A stretch of DNA of 64,000 nt, taken from Candidatus Omnitrophota bacterium (lineage in GTDB: Bacteria > Omnitrophota > Gorgyraeia > Duberdicusellales > 4484-171). Positions 38,121 to 47,877 of this stretch are shown here, one piece after another (the stretch's first letter is position 1; each line of letters starts with the position of its first letter). The notes beneath the pieces are model-generated. The model searched no databases, had not been told where the DNA came from, and saw only the letters and a list, made by a program, of their open reading frames with translations. The DNA lies in contig PMCS01000008.1 in the NCBI GenBank assembly GCA_003154195.1, forward strand, positions 15,366-79,365, in the 5' to 3' direction. A program made the position numbers and the translations under genes.

Positions 38121-39599
38121 TTACAATTGTTGCGCGCAGTTGTGCCGGCGGTAATCATTTTTTATGCTCATCTCGTATATTTCTCTTATCACATCTCTAT
38201 CCTTAAACGGCACTTTTTTATTGCCGATCGCCTGATAATCTTCATGGCCCTTGCCCGCTGCCAACAAACAGCAATGGTCATATTGCGACTGAAGCATTAT
38301 CGCCTCTTTAATCGCCTGGTATCGGTCTACCACAATCTTGTAATTATTGCGGCTGAATCCGCGCTCGATTGCCCGGCAGATATCAACCGGGTCTTCGCAG
38401 CGCGGATTATCCGACGTGATAAACGAGAAATCCGCCAGAACGCACGCAACGTGCCCCATTAATGGCCGCTTGCCGTGGTCGCGTTCCCCGCCGCAACCGA
38501 ACACGCAAATAATATTCCGATAGCCTACCCGGCGCAAAGCGTTTAATGTTTTTTTCAAAGAATCATGAGTATGCGCGTAATCCACGAAAGTATCGGGCCT
38601 GACTTGTTCCAGCCTCCCTTCGACGCCGCTAAAACGCGAAAGGACAGCGGCTGTCCTTTTCATATCAAGCTTAAGCGAATAGGCGACAGCCGCGGCGGCA
38701 AGCAAATTAAAAACATTATGCTTTCCGATAAGGCGAGTGTTAATCGGCAGGGCCTTCTTACCATAGAGGAGACTGAAACTTCCTCCCTGCCGCCGCAGGA
38801 CAATATCTTCAGCCATCACATCTGATTTTTCTTTTATCCCAAAAGACAGTTTATTTTTTTGCCGCGCCAGGATAATCTTTCCGTAATGGTCATCGGCATT
38901 TACAATCGCCGTGCCCTGATTATTCTCGTTAAAAAACCTGTATTTAGCGTTAAAATAATTTTTCATCGTCTTATGATAATCTAAATGTTCTCGGCTTAAA
39001 TTAGTAAATACGCAGCGGCTGAATCTGATGCCCTCGATCCGACCCTGGTCTAAAGCGTGCGAAGAAACCTCCATTACCACATAATCGGTAGCGGCCCTTT
39101 TCATCTGCGCGAATAACCGGCGCAAAACTAAATATCCCGGGGTCGTATTGACCGCCTTAACCGCTTTATTGCCGATCCGGTACTCGATGGTGCCGATTAA
39201 AGCCGGGCGCTTGCCCATTTTCTTTAAAAGATGATAAATCAGGTAAGCGGTGGTGGTCTTACCTTTTGTCCCGGTTATGCCGATAAATTTAAAATTGGAT
39301 TCGGGATAAAACCTGTCGACCGCGGCTTTAAATTCTTTTTTTATATCCCCGACAAAAATAACCTTTTTACTCAGGCCCAGCGAATTCACCATGGTAACGT
39401 ATTTTTTATCGGCGACGAAAACACAAATTTTGCTCTCAAGCGATTTCAACGTCGAAAAAATATCAAAGTTATCTTTGGCAATGACAAAAAAAACATCCCC
39501 GCGGGAAACGTAACGGCTGTCATCGCTTATCCCGGCCGCCGCGATATTTCCTAATTCCTTATTCAGCGACAACGACAGAAAAATCTTTTTTAACTTCAT
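38121..39599 (-). CDS. murE: UDP-MurNAc-dipeptide--meso-DAP ligase
   Basis: TGTKGKTT, MEVSSH, DYAHT, DNPR (DAP-specific), AGKGHE. Confidence 0.96.
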   Translation of the reverse strand: MKLKKIFLSLSLNKELGNIAAAGISDDSRYVSRGDVFFVIAKDNFDIFSTLKSLESKICVFVADKKYVTMVNSLGLSKKVIFVGDIKKEFKAAVDRFYPESNFKFIGITGTKGKTTTAYLIYHLLKKMGKRPALIGTIEYRIGNKAVKAVNTTPGYLVLRRLFAQMKRAATDYVVMEVSSHALDQGRIEGIRFSRCVFTNLSREHLDYHKTMKNYFNAKYRFFNENNQGTAIVNADDHYGKIILARQKNKLSFGIKEKSDVMAEDIVLRRQGGSFSLLYGKKALPINTRLIGKHNVFNLLAAAAVAYSLKLDMKRTAAVLSRFSGVEGRLEQVRPDTFVDYAHTHDSLKKTLNALRRVGYRNIICVFGCGGERDHGKRPLMGHVACVLADFSFITSDNPRCEDPVDICRAIERGFSRNNYKIVVDRYQAIKEAIMLQSQYDHCCLLAAGKGHEDYQAIGNKKVPFKDRDVIREIYEMSIKNDYRRHNCAQQL

Positions 39600-41280
39600 T
39601 TTTGGCAAAGGCGCTCCGGCCGTCTAAATACTTCACGCACTTTTGAGCTATCTGTTTAAAAAGCGACGCCGCGACTACGCCGCCAAAATGCGATTTTTGC
39701 GGTTCGTCGATAGTAATCCCCATCGCTAACGGTACAGTTGAATAGTCAATAAATCCCACGAAATTAGCCCGGTAGCGGGAAGGCGAATACCGGCCGAGTT
39801 GAAAATCAAATTTCTGCGCGGTGCCGGTTTTACCGCCAATCCTTATCCCGTCGACTGCCGCCAACTTGCCCGTGCCGTCCGCAACCACAGAAATAAGTAT
39901 ATCCTTGGCTTTTTCGACAGTCGAAGGCGGCAAGACGTACTCTTTGACAGATTCGCTGTCTTTATAAATATTTTGTCCGGAAATGCTCTTTAACAGGTGC
40001 GGCTTTACCAGATAACCGCCGTTAGCTACAACCGCTATAGCTCTTACCAGCTGAAGGATATTAACTCCCACTTCCTGGCCGATAGGGACCATGTAAGGCG
40101 TAGTCTTAGACCAGCGTTCAAGAGGCTTAACACTGCCATCCTCTTCGCCGGGTAAATCGATGCCGGTTTTTTCCCCAAACCTTAATTTTTTTATATAGCT
40201 GTAAATAAACTCTTTCCCGACGCCGTTGGCGATCTTGCCCACCCCGATATTGCTGGATTTCTTAAAAACTTCCCGGAAAGACAAAGTGCCGTAAGGTTTC
40301 CAATCATGCAGCGTCGCTCCGGGTATTTTAAACAATCCATTTTCGCAAAAAAAGGTATCTGTTTCGCCATATCGCTTCGTGTCTAAAGCCGCAATCAGGG
40401 TAACGATTTTGAACACCGAACCGGGCTCAAACATATCGCATACCGCCCTGTTTTTTAGATACTTAGCCGATGCCGCATCGATGCTGTTGGGATCAAAGGC
40501 GGGATAATTAGCCAGGCTGAGAATCTCCCCGGTGGTCGCGTCCATAACCACAACGCTTCCGGCCGACGCGGCGAATTTCCTGACCGTTTCGGCCAGATAA
40601 TTTTCCACCCAATACTGAAGCTGGGCGTCAATCGTCAAAACTATATCCGACCCCTCCTGGGGAGTAATCACCTGAGGGCTGACGATAATCTCCCGGCAAT
40701 GAGAATCCTGCAGCACCCTGACTATGCCGTTTTTACCGCGGAGATAATTGTCGTAAAAAACTTCCATCCCCTCTAAGCCCTTATTGTCTACGTCGACAAT
40801 CCCTAAAACTGAAGATGCCAACATTTCCTGAGGATAGAAACGTTTTTCTTCGCGGATGAATCCTATGCCCTTTAAATTTATTTTTTTTATCCGTTCCTTG
40901 TCGAACCAGGAAACCTTCCTTTTTATCCAGACAAATCTCCCCTTTTTATTTTTAGCGAGCTTGCGATAAATTTCGCCGGCCGGCAAAGAAAGGTTAGCGG
41001 CTAAAATCCCGGCGGTCTTCCCGGCATCTTTTACCATAACGGGATCGGCAAAAACAGAATAACTGTTCATGCCGGTGGCGAGCACTTTTCCCGTACGGTC
41101 AAAAATATCCCCCCGCCTGCCCTCTAAAGGCACCAGCCGATAATATTGCCGGGAAGCGAGATTTTTTAAAAAAGGGTTTTGTAAAATCTGCAGGTAAAAA
41201 ATTCTTATTCCGATGACGACAAAAAGGAGGGCAAAAAAAGAATAGACAAGATTGATGCGCAGGTTATCTTTGTTTTCCAT
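39559..41280 (-). CDS. ftsI: Class B penicillin-binding protein (PBP3)
   Basis: RGDIFDR, EPGSVFK, SSN, KTGT. Confidence 0.95.
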   Translation of the reverse strand: MENKDNLRINLVYSFFALLFVVIGIRIFYLQILQNPFLKNLASRQYYRLVPLEGRRGDIFDRTGKVLATGMNSYSVFADPVMVKDAGKTAGILAANLSLPAGEIYRKLAKNKKGRFVWIKRKVSWFDKERIKKINLKGIGFIREEKRFYPQEMLASSVLGIVDVDNKGLEGMEVFYDNYLRGKNGIVRVLQDSHCREIIVSPQVITPQEGSDIVLTIDAQLQYWVENYLAETVRKFAASAGSVVVMDATTGEILSLANYPAFDPNSIDAASAKYLKNRAVCDMFEPGSVFKIVTLIAALDTKRYGETDTFFCENGLFKIPGATLHDWKPYGTLSFREVFKKSSNIGVGKIANGVGKEFIYSYIKKLRFGEKTGIDLPGEEDGSVKPLERWSKTTPYMVPIGQEVGVNILQLVRAIAVVANGGYLVKPHLLKSISGQNIYKDSESVKEYVLPPSTVEKAKDILISVVADGTGKLAAVDGIRIGGKTGTAQKFDFQLGRYSPSRYRANFVGFIDYSTVPLAMGITIDEPQKSHFGGVVAASLFKQIAQKCVKYLDGRSAFAKNEVKKDFSVVVAE

Positions 41281-41344
41281 TTTTTATATCCCATCCTATG
41301 CCTACCAGCGAATACGCTGCCTCGGCAAAACCTGGGATCGCACT

Positions 41345-41377
41345 CAAAATATTTCGCAATAATTGCGAAATATTTTG
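41345..41377. repeat. Perfect 16-bp inverted repeat between ftsL-like and ftsI
   Basis: caaaatatttcgcaat-a-attgcgaaatattttg. Confidence 0.85.
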
Positions 41378-41425
41378 TCAATACCCGGGAAAATTCATTT
41401 AAAGCATTTTCCCGGTTAGAAATAT

Positions 41426-41794
41426 TTATTTTTTCTCCTGGGCCATGGCCGTAGCCGAAGCGGTAGGGATACCCAGGAAACGGCTTAGCGCTATAGAAAA
41501 CCCTCTACCGGCCACTGCAGGCGCCTCTTTCTTCAGATTAAGAGCTAATACATTATTTTTCCCCACAAGAGAAAATTTATTATCTTCCGCCCATTGGCTT
41601 AATTTGGCTACCGATACTTTTTTGTTGAAATTATAAGTAAGGTAATCCCTTTTATCGGCAAGATTATTGTAGACAGAATAATTTTTACTTAAATTGTAGG
41701 CCTCCACGTAAATCTGCACCTTTTGATGAAGGCGAAGGAAGAGCGCCGCAAAAATAATGGCTACCAGCATCGGCGGTAAGATTTTTTTCATCAT
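41426..41794 (-). CDS. FtsL-like cell division protein
   Basis: Small TM + coiled protein between rsmH and ftsI; call from position only. Confidence 0.6.
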   Translation of the reverse strand: MMKKILPPMLVAIIFAALFLRLHQKVQIYVEAYNLSKNYSVYNNLADKRDYLTYNFNKKVSVAKLSQWAEDNKFSLVGKNNVLALNLKKEAPAVAGRGFSIALSRFLGIPTASATAMAQEKK

Positions 41795-42684
41795 ATCTTT
41801 TCCCCCACCCTTAATTTAGCGGAACGGGAAGGCGTATTCTCTTCTATTTCTTTATCCTGCGGCTCAACCGGCTTTTTTGTTATGACCTTGATGATTCCCC
41901 GGCTTGCGGATTCTTTGAATGTTTGTTTGACGATCCGATCTTCCAACGAATGAAAAGAAATAACGCCGATTCTCCCGCCTTTAGCCAGCAAGGAAATCCC
42001 CTTTTGCACTCCGGCGTCTAAAGATTCAAGTTCTCGGTTCACGGCAATACGCAAAGCTTGAAAAATTCTTGTCGCCGGATGAATCCGGTATTTGAAACTC
42101 CTGACGGGAACGACCGCGCCGACGAGCCGGGCTAGTTGAATCGTTGTGGATATCGGCTCCCTGCTTCTCGCCTCAACGATGGAACGAGCAATCCGACGAG
42201 AGTAATGTTCCTCGCCAAATTTAAAAAAAACGCTGGTAAGTTCTTCTTCGCTTAAATTATTGACCAGATCGTATGCGCTGACGAAAGAATCTCTATCCAT
42301 GCGCATATCTAAAGGCCCTTCCTGCAGAAAACTGAAACCGCGCTCGTTTTTAGTTAGTTGGTAAGCCGAGATGCCTAAATCAAAGAATATCGCATCGGCT
42401 TCGTTTACGCCTGAATTCTTAAGCGCTTCATCTAAATGAGAAAAATCGCTTTTTACCAGGCGCAATTTCTGCGAAAAGCTTTTCAATCGTTCGCCGGCCA
42501 TGCTCAGCGATTCTTCATCCTTGTCAATTCCCACATAAAGGGATAAATTTTTTGCCGCTTCCAGGAAACAGCAGGCATGACCGCCTAAGCCAAGAGTACA
42601 ATCGACAATAACCCTTGCCTCCTCGATCCTTAAAAGTTCCCGGGCCTCTCGATACATCACCGGATAATGTTTTATTTCATCCAT
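41791..42684 (-). CDS. rsmH: 16S rRNA m4C1402 methyltransferase
   Basis: DCTLGLGGH, GPLDMRM, FQALRIAVN, SFHSLEDR. Confidence 0.97.
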   Translation of the reverse strand: MDEIKHYPVMYREARELLRIEEARVIVDCTLGLGGHACCFLEAAKNLSLYVGIDKDEESLSMAGERLKSFSQKLRLVKSDFSHLDEALKNSGVNEADAIFFDLGISAYQLTKNERGFSFLQEGPLDMRMDRDSFVSAYDLVNNLSEEELTSVFFKFGEEHYSRRIARSIVEARSREPISTTIQLARLVGAVVPVRSFKYRIHPATRIFQALRIAVNRELESLDAGVQKGISLLAKGGRIGVISFHSLEDRIVKQTFKESASRGIIKVITKKPVEPQDKEIEENTPSRSAKLRVGEKI

Positions 42685-42777
42685 AACGCAACTTTCCATA
42701 AAAGTCATTTTTACATCTCTTCTTTGTGTCCTGGTACCTTGGTAGCTAAATTTTCTAAATCAACCGCTAAATTTCTT

Positions 42778-43209
42778 TTAAAATAGATTCTCCGCTACCT
42801 GCTCAAATTTCGGCCGGTTATCCTGATAGAATTTCGACCAGGTATCTTTATCCCAGATCTCAATCCGGTCCGATATGCCGATAATAATTATATCTTTTTT
42901 GATATGCGCGTATTCTTTCAAATATTGCGGCACAATCACGCGGCCCTGGACATCGATCTCAAATTCCTGAGCGCCGCTGAAAAATAAACGGTTGAAAGAA
43001 CGCGATTGTTGTTTCGTGAAAGAAATGTTCTTAAGAGATTCCTCTATTTTTATCCACGCGTTTTTATGAAAAATAAAAAGGCATTCCTCCAGCCCCCGCG
43101 TCATATAAAAACTTTTCTCATCGAGAGTTTTTATTTTATCGCGGAATTTCGCGGGAAGAATGAACCTCTCTTTGTCGTCAAGCGTATGGGAATATTCGCC
43201 ATACCACAT
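42778..43209 (-). CDS. mraZ: Division/cell wall cluster transcriptional regulator
   Basis: GEY.H.LDDK.R, D.QGR..VP, RIEIWD; start moved to ATG 43209. Confidence 0.95.
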   Translation of the reverse strand: MWYGEYSHTLDDKERFILPAKFRDKIKTLDEKSFYMTRGLEECLFIFHKNAWIKIEESLKNISFTKQQSRSFNRLFFSGAQEFEIDVQGRVIVPQYLKEYAHIKKDIIIIGISDRIEIWDKDTWSKFYQDNRPKFEQVAENLF

Positions 43210-43269
43210 TCCACTTTCCTCCACTTTGTTCCACAAACTAAATATAATACGACTGTATAATATTGTCAA
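43210..43269 (-). promoter_or_regulatory. dcw promoter with MraZ-binding GTGG boxes
   Basis: TTGACA-17-TATATT; GTGG repeated at 10-bp spacing (ccac at 43211, 43221, 43231). Confidence 0.82.
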
Positions 43270-43361
43270 GGAATTTTGTTAAATAAAATAGGGGGGATAC
43301 TACCGATTGGGGTGGCGGGATAATAAAATACTACATTTTGAGATAAAAACAGAAAAAATTT

Positions 43362-44285
43362 TCAAAACTCGGCCTTTTTGAATTTTCTTTCAATATAGCC
43401 GACATCTTTGGCAATCGCTTCTTTAAGCGCGGCGAGAGAAGAAAATCTCTTTTCTTCCCGTATCTTCTGGAAAAAATATACCTTGATTTGTTTCCCCAGA
43501 ATATTCCCGTGAAAATTAAGAAGGTGGGCTTCGATGATTATTTTTTTTGCCGTGGTGACGGTAGGATTTGTCCCGATGTTAACCACGCACAAATATTTTC
43601 TTTTATTAAATTCCGCGGCGGCGGCATAAACGCCGCTCGCAGGGATAACATAAGCGCCCGTGAAAACATTTGCCGTGGGAAAACCTAATTTTCTACCGAT
43701 GCCCCTGCCCTTAATGACGATCCCTTTTAAAGAATAGTTTCTTCCTAAAAGAACGTCGGCACCGGCAAAATCGCTGCGTTTTATCAAATGCCGGATAAGC
43801 GAACTGCTGATTACCCGGCCCTTATTTTTCATTTTCTTTATGACCAGAAAGTCAAAATTATGCTCCCGGGCAAAACCGCGCAGGCAATTTACGTTATTTT
43901 GCGCGCCGGCGCCGAAACGGAAATCCTCCCCCACAATTATTTTTTTAATATCAAAATATTTTAGGATATAAACGATAAACTCTTTCCCGGAAAGCCGGAA
44001 GAGATTCCTCCGTGATTTTAAAAACCAGATGTTAGCGATACCTAAAGATTCGACGATATTTTTTTTATCTTCGCAATCACAGAGACAACCGCCGAAAGGT
44101 TTGTTTAAAATAATACGGGGAGATTTGTCGAAAGTAATCAGCAGGCTGGCTGCCTTTAATCGGGCTGCCTCTGCCTTTACTTTTCTCAGGATAAATTGAT
44201 GCCCGCGGTGTATCCCATCAAAAACGCCGATGGTAGCAACGCATGGCACCCGTCTATAAGGCAGCTTTTTGTAAACAACTCTCAT
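43362..44285 (-). CDS. ribF: Riboflavin kinase / FAD synthetase
   Basis: GVFDGIHRGH, DFRFG, GFPTAN, IEAHL. Confidence 0.96.
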   Translation of the reverse strand: MRVVYKKLPYRRVPCVATIGVFDGIHRGHQFILRKVKAEAARLKAASLLITFDKSPRIILNKPFGGCLCDCEDKKNIVESLGIANIWFLKSRRNLFRLSGKEFIVYILKYFDIKKIIVGEDFRFGAGAQNNVNCLRGFAREHNFDFLVIKKMKNKGRVISSSLIRHLIKRSDFAGADVLLGRNYSLKGIVIKGRGIGRKLGFPTANVFTGAYVIPASGVYAAAAEFNKRKYLCVVNIGTNPTVTTAKKIIIEAHLLNFHGNILGKQIKVYFFQKIREEKRFSSLAALKEAIAKDVGYIERKFKKAEF

Positions 44286-44925
44286 CTATGTTTTCAGGAT
44301 TAAACGCGTCGCTAAGTTTGAAATGGCCGACGCTTAAGCGCTTTATATGGATCATATGCGCGCCGCAACCCAGGACATCACCGATATCTTCAGCAAGCTT
44401 GCGAATATAAGTACCCTTGGAACAACGCACGTAAAATTCAACCAACGGCGGGTCTATTTTTAAAATTTCTATCGCGTAGATTTTAATTCTGCGAGGGTCT
44501 CTCTCGATAGTTATACCCTTACGGGCCAAGTCGTATAAACGTTTGCCTTTAACTCTTAAGGCGCTGACCATGGGAGGTATCTGGTCTATTTCGCCCACAA
44601 AAGAAGCAAAAACTTCCCTGATTTTTTCTTCGGTTACACCGCCAAACCCGCTGGAACGCAGAACTTTGCCTTGCGAATCTCCGGTAGAAGTAACCTCGCC
44701 TAATTTCAAAATACCCACATATTCTTTATCGAAATGAACGAATTTGGAAAATAGTTTAGTGGAACTGCCTACCAGAATAATCAAAAGGCCTTCGGCTAAA
44801 GGATCGAGGGTACCGGCATGTCCCACGCGCTTAATCGCTAATTTCCTGCGCACGATATCAACAACATCATGGCTGGTAATACCCTGGGGCTTATTGACTA
44901 AGATGATCCCTTCTTTATTAACCAT
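44254..44925 (-). CDS. truB: tRNA pseudouridine(55) synthase
   Basis: GHAGTLDP, CSKGTYIR. Confidence 0.96.
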   Translation of the reverse strand: MVNKEGIILVNKPQGITSHDVVDIVRRKLAIKRVGHAGTLDPLAEGLLIILVGSSTKLFSKFVHFDKEYVGILKLGEVTSTGDSQGKVLRSSGFGGVTEEKIREVFASFVGEIDQIPPMVSALRVKGKRLYDLARKGITIERDPRRIKIYAIEILKIDPPLVEFYVRCSKGTYIRKLAEDIGDVLGCGAHMIHIKRLSVGHFKLSDAFNPENIDESCLQKAAL

Positions 44926-44984
44926 GCAAACCTGTAATTATTTGAGTAGCCGGGGATTACCTGCTTTCAAATATTCTCCCTATC

Positions 44985-45089
44985 ATTTTAAATTGAACAT
45001 TGAACATTTGCCAATGATCATTGAAAGAATTAATTATTTTTCTCTTCTTCCATTTTAAAATGATAATTAATCAATGCTAAATTTAAAAT
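44985..45089. repeat. Bracket family C, copy 2 (truB/nrnA junction)
   Basis: Colinear with 21423-21527 over the whole ~105 bp including the spacer. Confidence 0.9.
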
Positions 45090-45113
45090 TAACCTGGCTA
45101 TCTGAGGGTTTAG

Positions 45114-46082
45114 CTATTTCTTCTTATACCCATTTTTGTAAATATAGGCGTGTTTTTTTACAAAAGAAATGACTTTATCTTCTATCGCCTTAAGATTGCC
45201 CTCGACGGTAGTACCGCTGGCCCGTCGATGCCCGCCGCCGCCGAAAAATTTGGCGATTTTGTTGACATCGACGTACTCGCGGGAACGGAAATTAACTCTT
45301 ACTTTATTGGCGCTGATTTGTTTAAAAATCATAAATACTTCAACACCCTTCAACAACCGCATGATGGAAAAAATAATCTCGGTGAGGTCAAAACCTTTGT
45401 CCTCCCATTTGTCGGCGGCAACCCAGCAAATTTTACGCGACATATCAAGTTTCAAGCTCGCCATAAGGCCGGTAATAAGTTTTAAATCATGGATCTCGCA
45501 GGCGCTATGGATATTCTCGAATACCCTGTTGGGTTTGATATTATGCTTCATTAAATCAGCGATAATTTTATGCACCCGGGAATCGGCGCTGCTGAAGGTA
45601 AAATTTCCCGTATCGGTAGCGATGCCGGTATAAAGGCATAACGCTATCTCGTCATCCATCACGCCGAATTGCCGGCAAAGCTCATAAAGCAACTGGCAAG
45701 CGGAACTGGCCTGCGGCGCAATCCAATTTATATCGCCGAAGTAAGTATTACTGATGTGATGGTCGATGTTGACAATGCAATCGGCGCAACCCAGGGAATC
45801 CTTGACCTTCCCCGTGCGGGAAGAATCGGAACAGTCTAAAACTATTACCGTGTCAAAACGCTCTTTCCTGAAGGTATTTTTTATCATCCGGCTGGAAGGA
45901 AGAAATTTATAGATATCGGGAACCGCGTCGTTAAGGTAAAGCACAGCTCTCTTTTTAAGCTTCTTAAGGAGAGCGTACATAGCCAATGCCGAGCCGAGAG
46001 CGTCGCCTTCGACATTCATATGCGTAGTAATAAGAAAACTCCGGCTTGATTTTATTTTATTTATTATCTTCTTTATTATCAT
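45114..46082 (-). CDS. nrnA: DHH/DHHA1 oligoribonuclease/pAp phosphatase
   Basis: GDALGS, NIDHH, GIATDTG, GGGGH; follows rbfA. Confidence 0.9.
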   Translation of the reverse strand: MIIKKIINKIKSSRSFLITTHMNVEGDALGSALAMYALLKKLKKRAVLYLNDAVPDIYKFLPSSRMIKNTFRKERFDTVIVLDCSDSSRTGKVKDSLGCADCIVNIDHHISNTYFGDINWIAPQASSACQLLYELCRQFGVMDDEIALCLYTGIATDTGNFTFSSADSRVHKIIADLMKHNIKPNRVFENIHSACEIHDLKLITGLMASLKLDMSRKICWVAADKWEDKGFDLTEIIFSIMRLLKGVEVFMIFKQISANKVRVNFRSREYVDVNKIAKFFGGGGHRRASGTTVEGNLKAIEDKVISFVKKHAYIYKNGYKKK

Positions 46083-46446
46083 CTTCCTGCTTCCGCTCCT
46101 CCGCGCGGCGCGCGTCTTCGCTGCGCACCTCATCTATCTTTTTGCAAATATCCACGCTATATTTTATCGAATCGTCGGGTATAAACTTAAGCTGCGGGAC
46201 AATGCGTAAACTTATCTTCTTAGCCATACTTGCCCTTAAGAAACCATTCATTTTCCTCAGTATCTCGCTTACTTTTTTATAATTATTGTCATTAAGCAGG
46301 CTGAAAAAAACTTTGCTTTCCTGTAAATCGCCGGTTGTCTCCACCCGCGTTATCGATAAAAGTGTAGCCGCCGGGTCATCAACCTGCGACTGGATTACTT
46401 CCATAAGCGCTTTCTGTATCTGGCTGTTTATTTTTTCTATTCTCAT
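46057..46446 (-). CDS. rbfA: Ribosome-binding factor A
   Basis: R.EKIN, DP...SITRV...DL, R.VP.L.F..D.S. Confidence 0.93.
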   Translation of the reverse strand: MRIEKINSQIQKALMEVIQSQVDDPAATLLSITRVETTGDLQESKVFFSLLNDNNYKKVSEILRKMNGFLRASMAKKISLRIVPQLKFIPDDSIKYSVDICKKIDEVRSEDARRAEERKQEDDNKEDNK

Positions 46447-46482
46447 ATTTTTCGCTGCGCAAAAAATAAATGTAATTATAGC

Positions 46483-47766
46483 TCAAACTGGCTGCTTTAG
46501 CAACAGTTTATGAAAAATATGTTTTGCTTCTTTTAATTCCTCGCCTTTTGTTGCGAGTTTCTTCTCGATCTTGGCATCCAGGAGGCCTTCCAGAACTTTA
46601 CCGTATAAAACCAAAGGCTGGAAACCAAGCGCTTTTAAATCGCTGCCCTTAACTTTAAGGCGGATGTGAATAAGTTTTCCCAAAAACAACTCGATTTGCC
46701 GTCGGATTGTTTTTCCCGAATAGTAAGCGTAAAAAAACAAAATCGTTTCCAGGCTGAGCGGGAATAATTTTCGATACAGGTCCCGCGGTTTAACGTTTTT
46801 GTCCAAACACGATATTCCCGCCAGGCTGTCTTTCGCCGACAATACCCTTATCCGGTCCCCTTTACGAAAATCGAATTCCTGGACAAATTTTGCGATTTCC
46901 TCCCGCTTCAAACCAATCATCAAACCGATAAGATAAATCAGCCAAGCGTCTACCTTCCTAAGCCCGCCGAATTTTTTGCCGTAAACGCCAATCGTTTTTT
47001 CAACGCGACACAGTAATCCGTAAATACGTTTATTGACTTTTAAACTTTTGTTGATAAAAAGAAAACCGGTAAGCGCGCCGATTCTTTTAACATTGCGGCA
47101 GGGTTTCGGCTCTTTTAAAATAAGGACTAACTCATCGCGTAAACGATGGGCGTGGACACAGCGCAACGCTTCCTGCGCCGCGGCCTCTTTGATTAAGCCG
47201 AGCGTTTTCTTTTCAATTTTGAAAGAAAACCTCTGTTCGAACCTTACGGCGCGCAAGATTCTTGTCGGGTCATCAGAAAAACTCCGGTTATGTAATACCC
47301 GGATCAATTTTTGTTTAAGGTCGCGCGAGCCGGAATAAAAATCGATCAACTTCGCGTAATCGTTTTTATTCAGGCTTATTGCCATGGCATTTATCGTAAA
47401 ATCGCGGCGAAACAGATCATCCCGCAAATCGGACGGTTCAACCGCAGGTAAAACTCCCGGCCGCGAATAATATTCTTTTCTCGCGGTAGCAAAATCTATT
47501 TTATGATTATCGAAAAAGACCGTCGCTGTCCCAAAAGCATGATGCCGCGTGAATTTAGCGCTATACCTTTGCGCCAGGGCTTGCGCCAAAGCAGCGGCAT
47601 CGCCCTCTACGACAATATCCAAGTCAAGATTCGTCCTGCCCAATAATAAATCACGCACAATCCCGCCGACCAAGTATACTCTTACCCCTTGGGGTTCGGC
47701 AAGGGACGATATGACATCCAGGATGTTCTTTAATTCTTTCGGCAATTTTTTGAGTTTGGTAATCAT
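46483..47766 (-). CDS. tRNA nucleotidyltransferase (class II, CCA/A-adding)
   Basis: VGGIVRD, DLDIVV, RRDFTINA, DDPTRILRA. Confidence 0.92.
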   Translation of the reverse strand: MITKLKKLPKELKNILDVISSLAEPQGVRVYLVGGIVRDLLLGRTNLDLDIVVEGDAAALAQALAQRYSAKFTRHHAFGTATVFFDNHKIDFATARKEYYSRPGVLPAVEPSDLRDDLFRRDFTINAMAISLNKNDYAKLIDFYSGSRDLKQKLIRVLHNRSFSDDPTRILRAVRFEQRFSFKIEKKTLGLIKEAAAQEALRCVHAHRLRDELVLILKEPKPCRNVKRIGALTGFLFINKSLKVNKRIYGLLCRVEKTIGVYGKKFGGLRKVDAWLIYLIGLMIGLKREEIAKFVQEFDFRKGDRIRVLSAKDSLAGISCLDKNVKPRDLYRKLFPLSLETILFFYAYYSGKTIRRQIELFLGKLIHIRLKVKGSDLKALGFQPLVLYGKVLEGLLDAKIEKKLATKGEELKEAKHIFHKLLLKQPV

Positions 47767-47792
47767 GTTTTTGTCAAAAATCAAATATCATT

Positions 47793-47874
47793 ATAGAGTC
47801 ATAGTGTCATCACATCAAAGCGTCAAAGTTTAATCCCTCTAAAACACTCTGACACTATGACGCTCTGACGCTTT
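47793..47874. repeat. Bracket family D (cca/xerD junction)
   Basis: gagtcata-gtgtcatc...gcgtcaaa ... tgacacta-tgacgctc-tgacgctt. Confidence 0.88.
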
Positions 47875-47877
47875 GCC

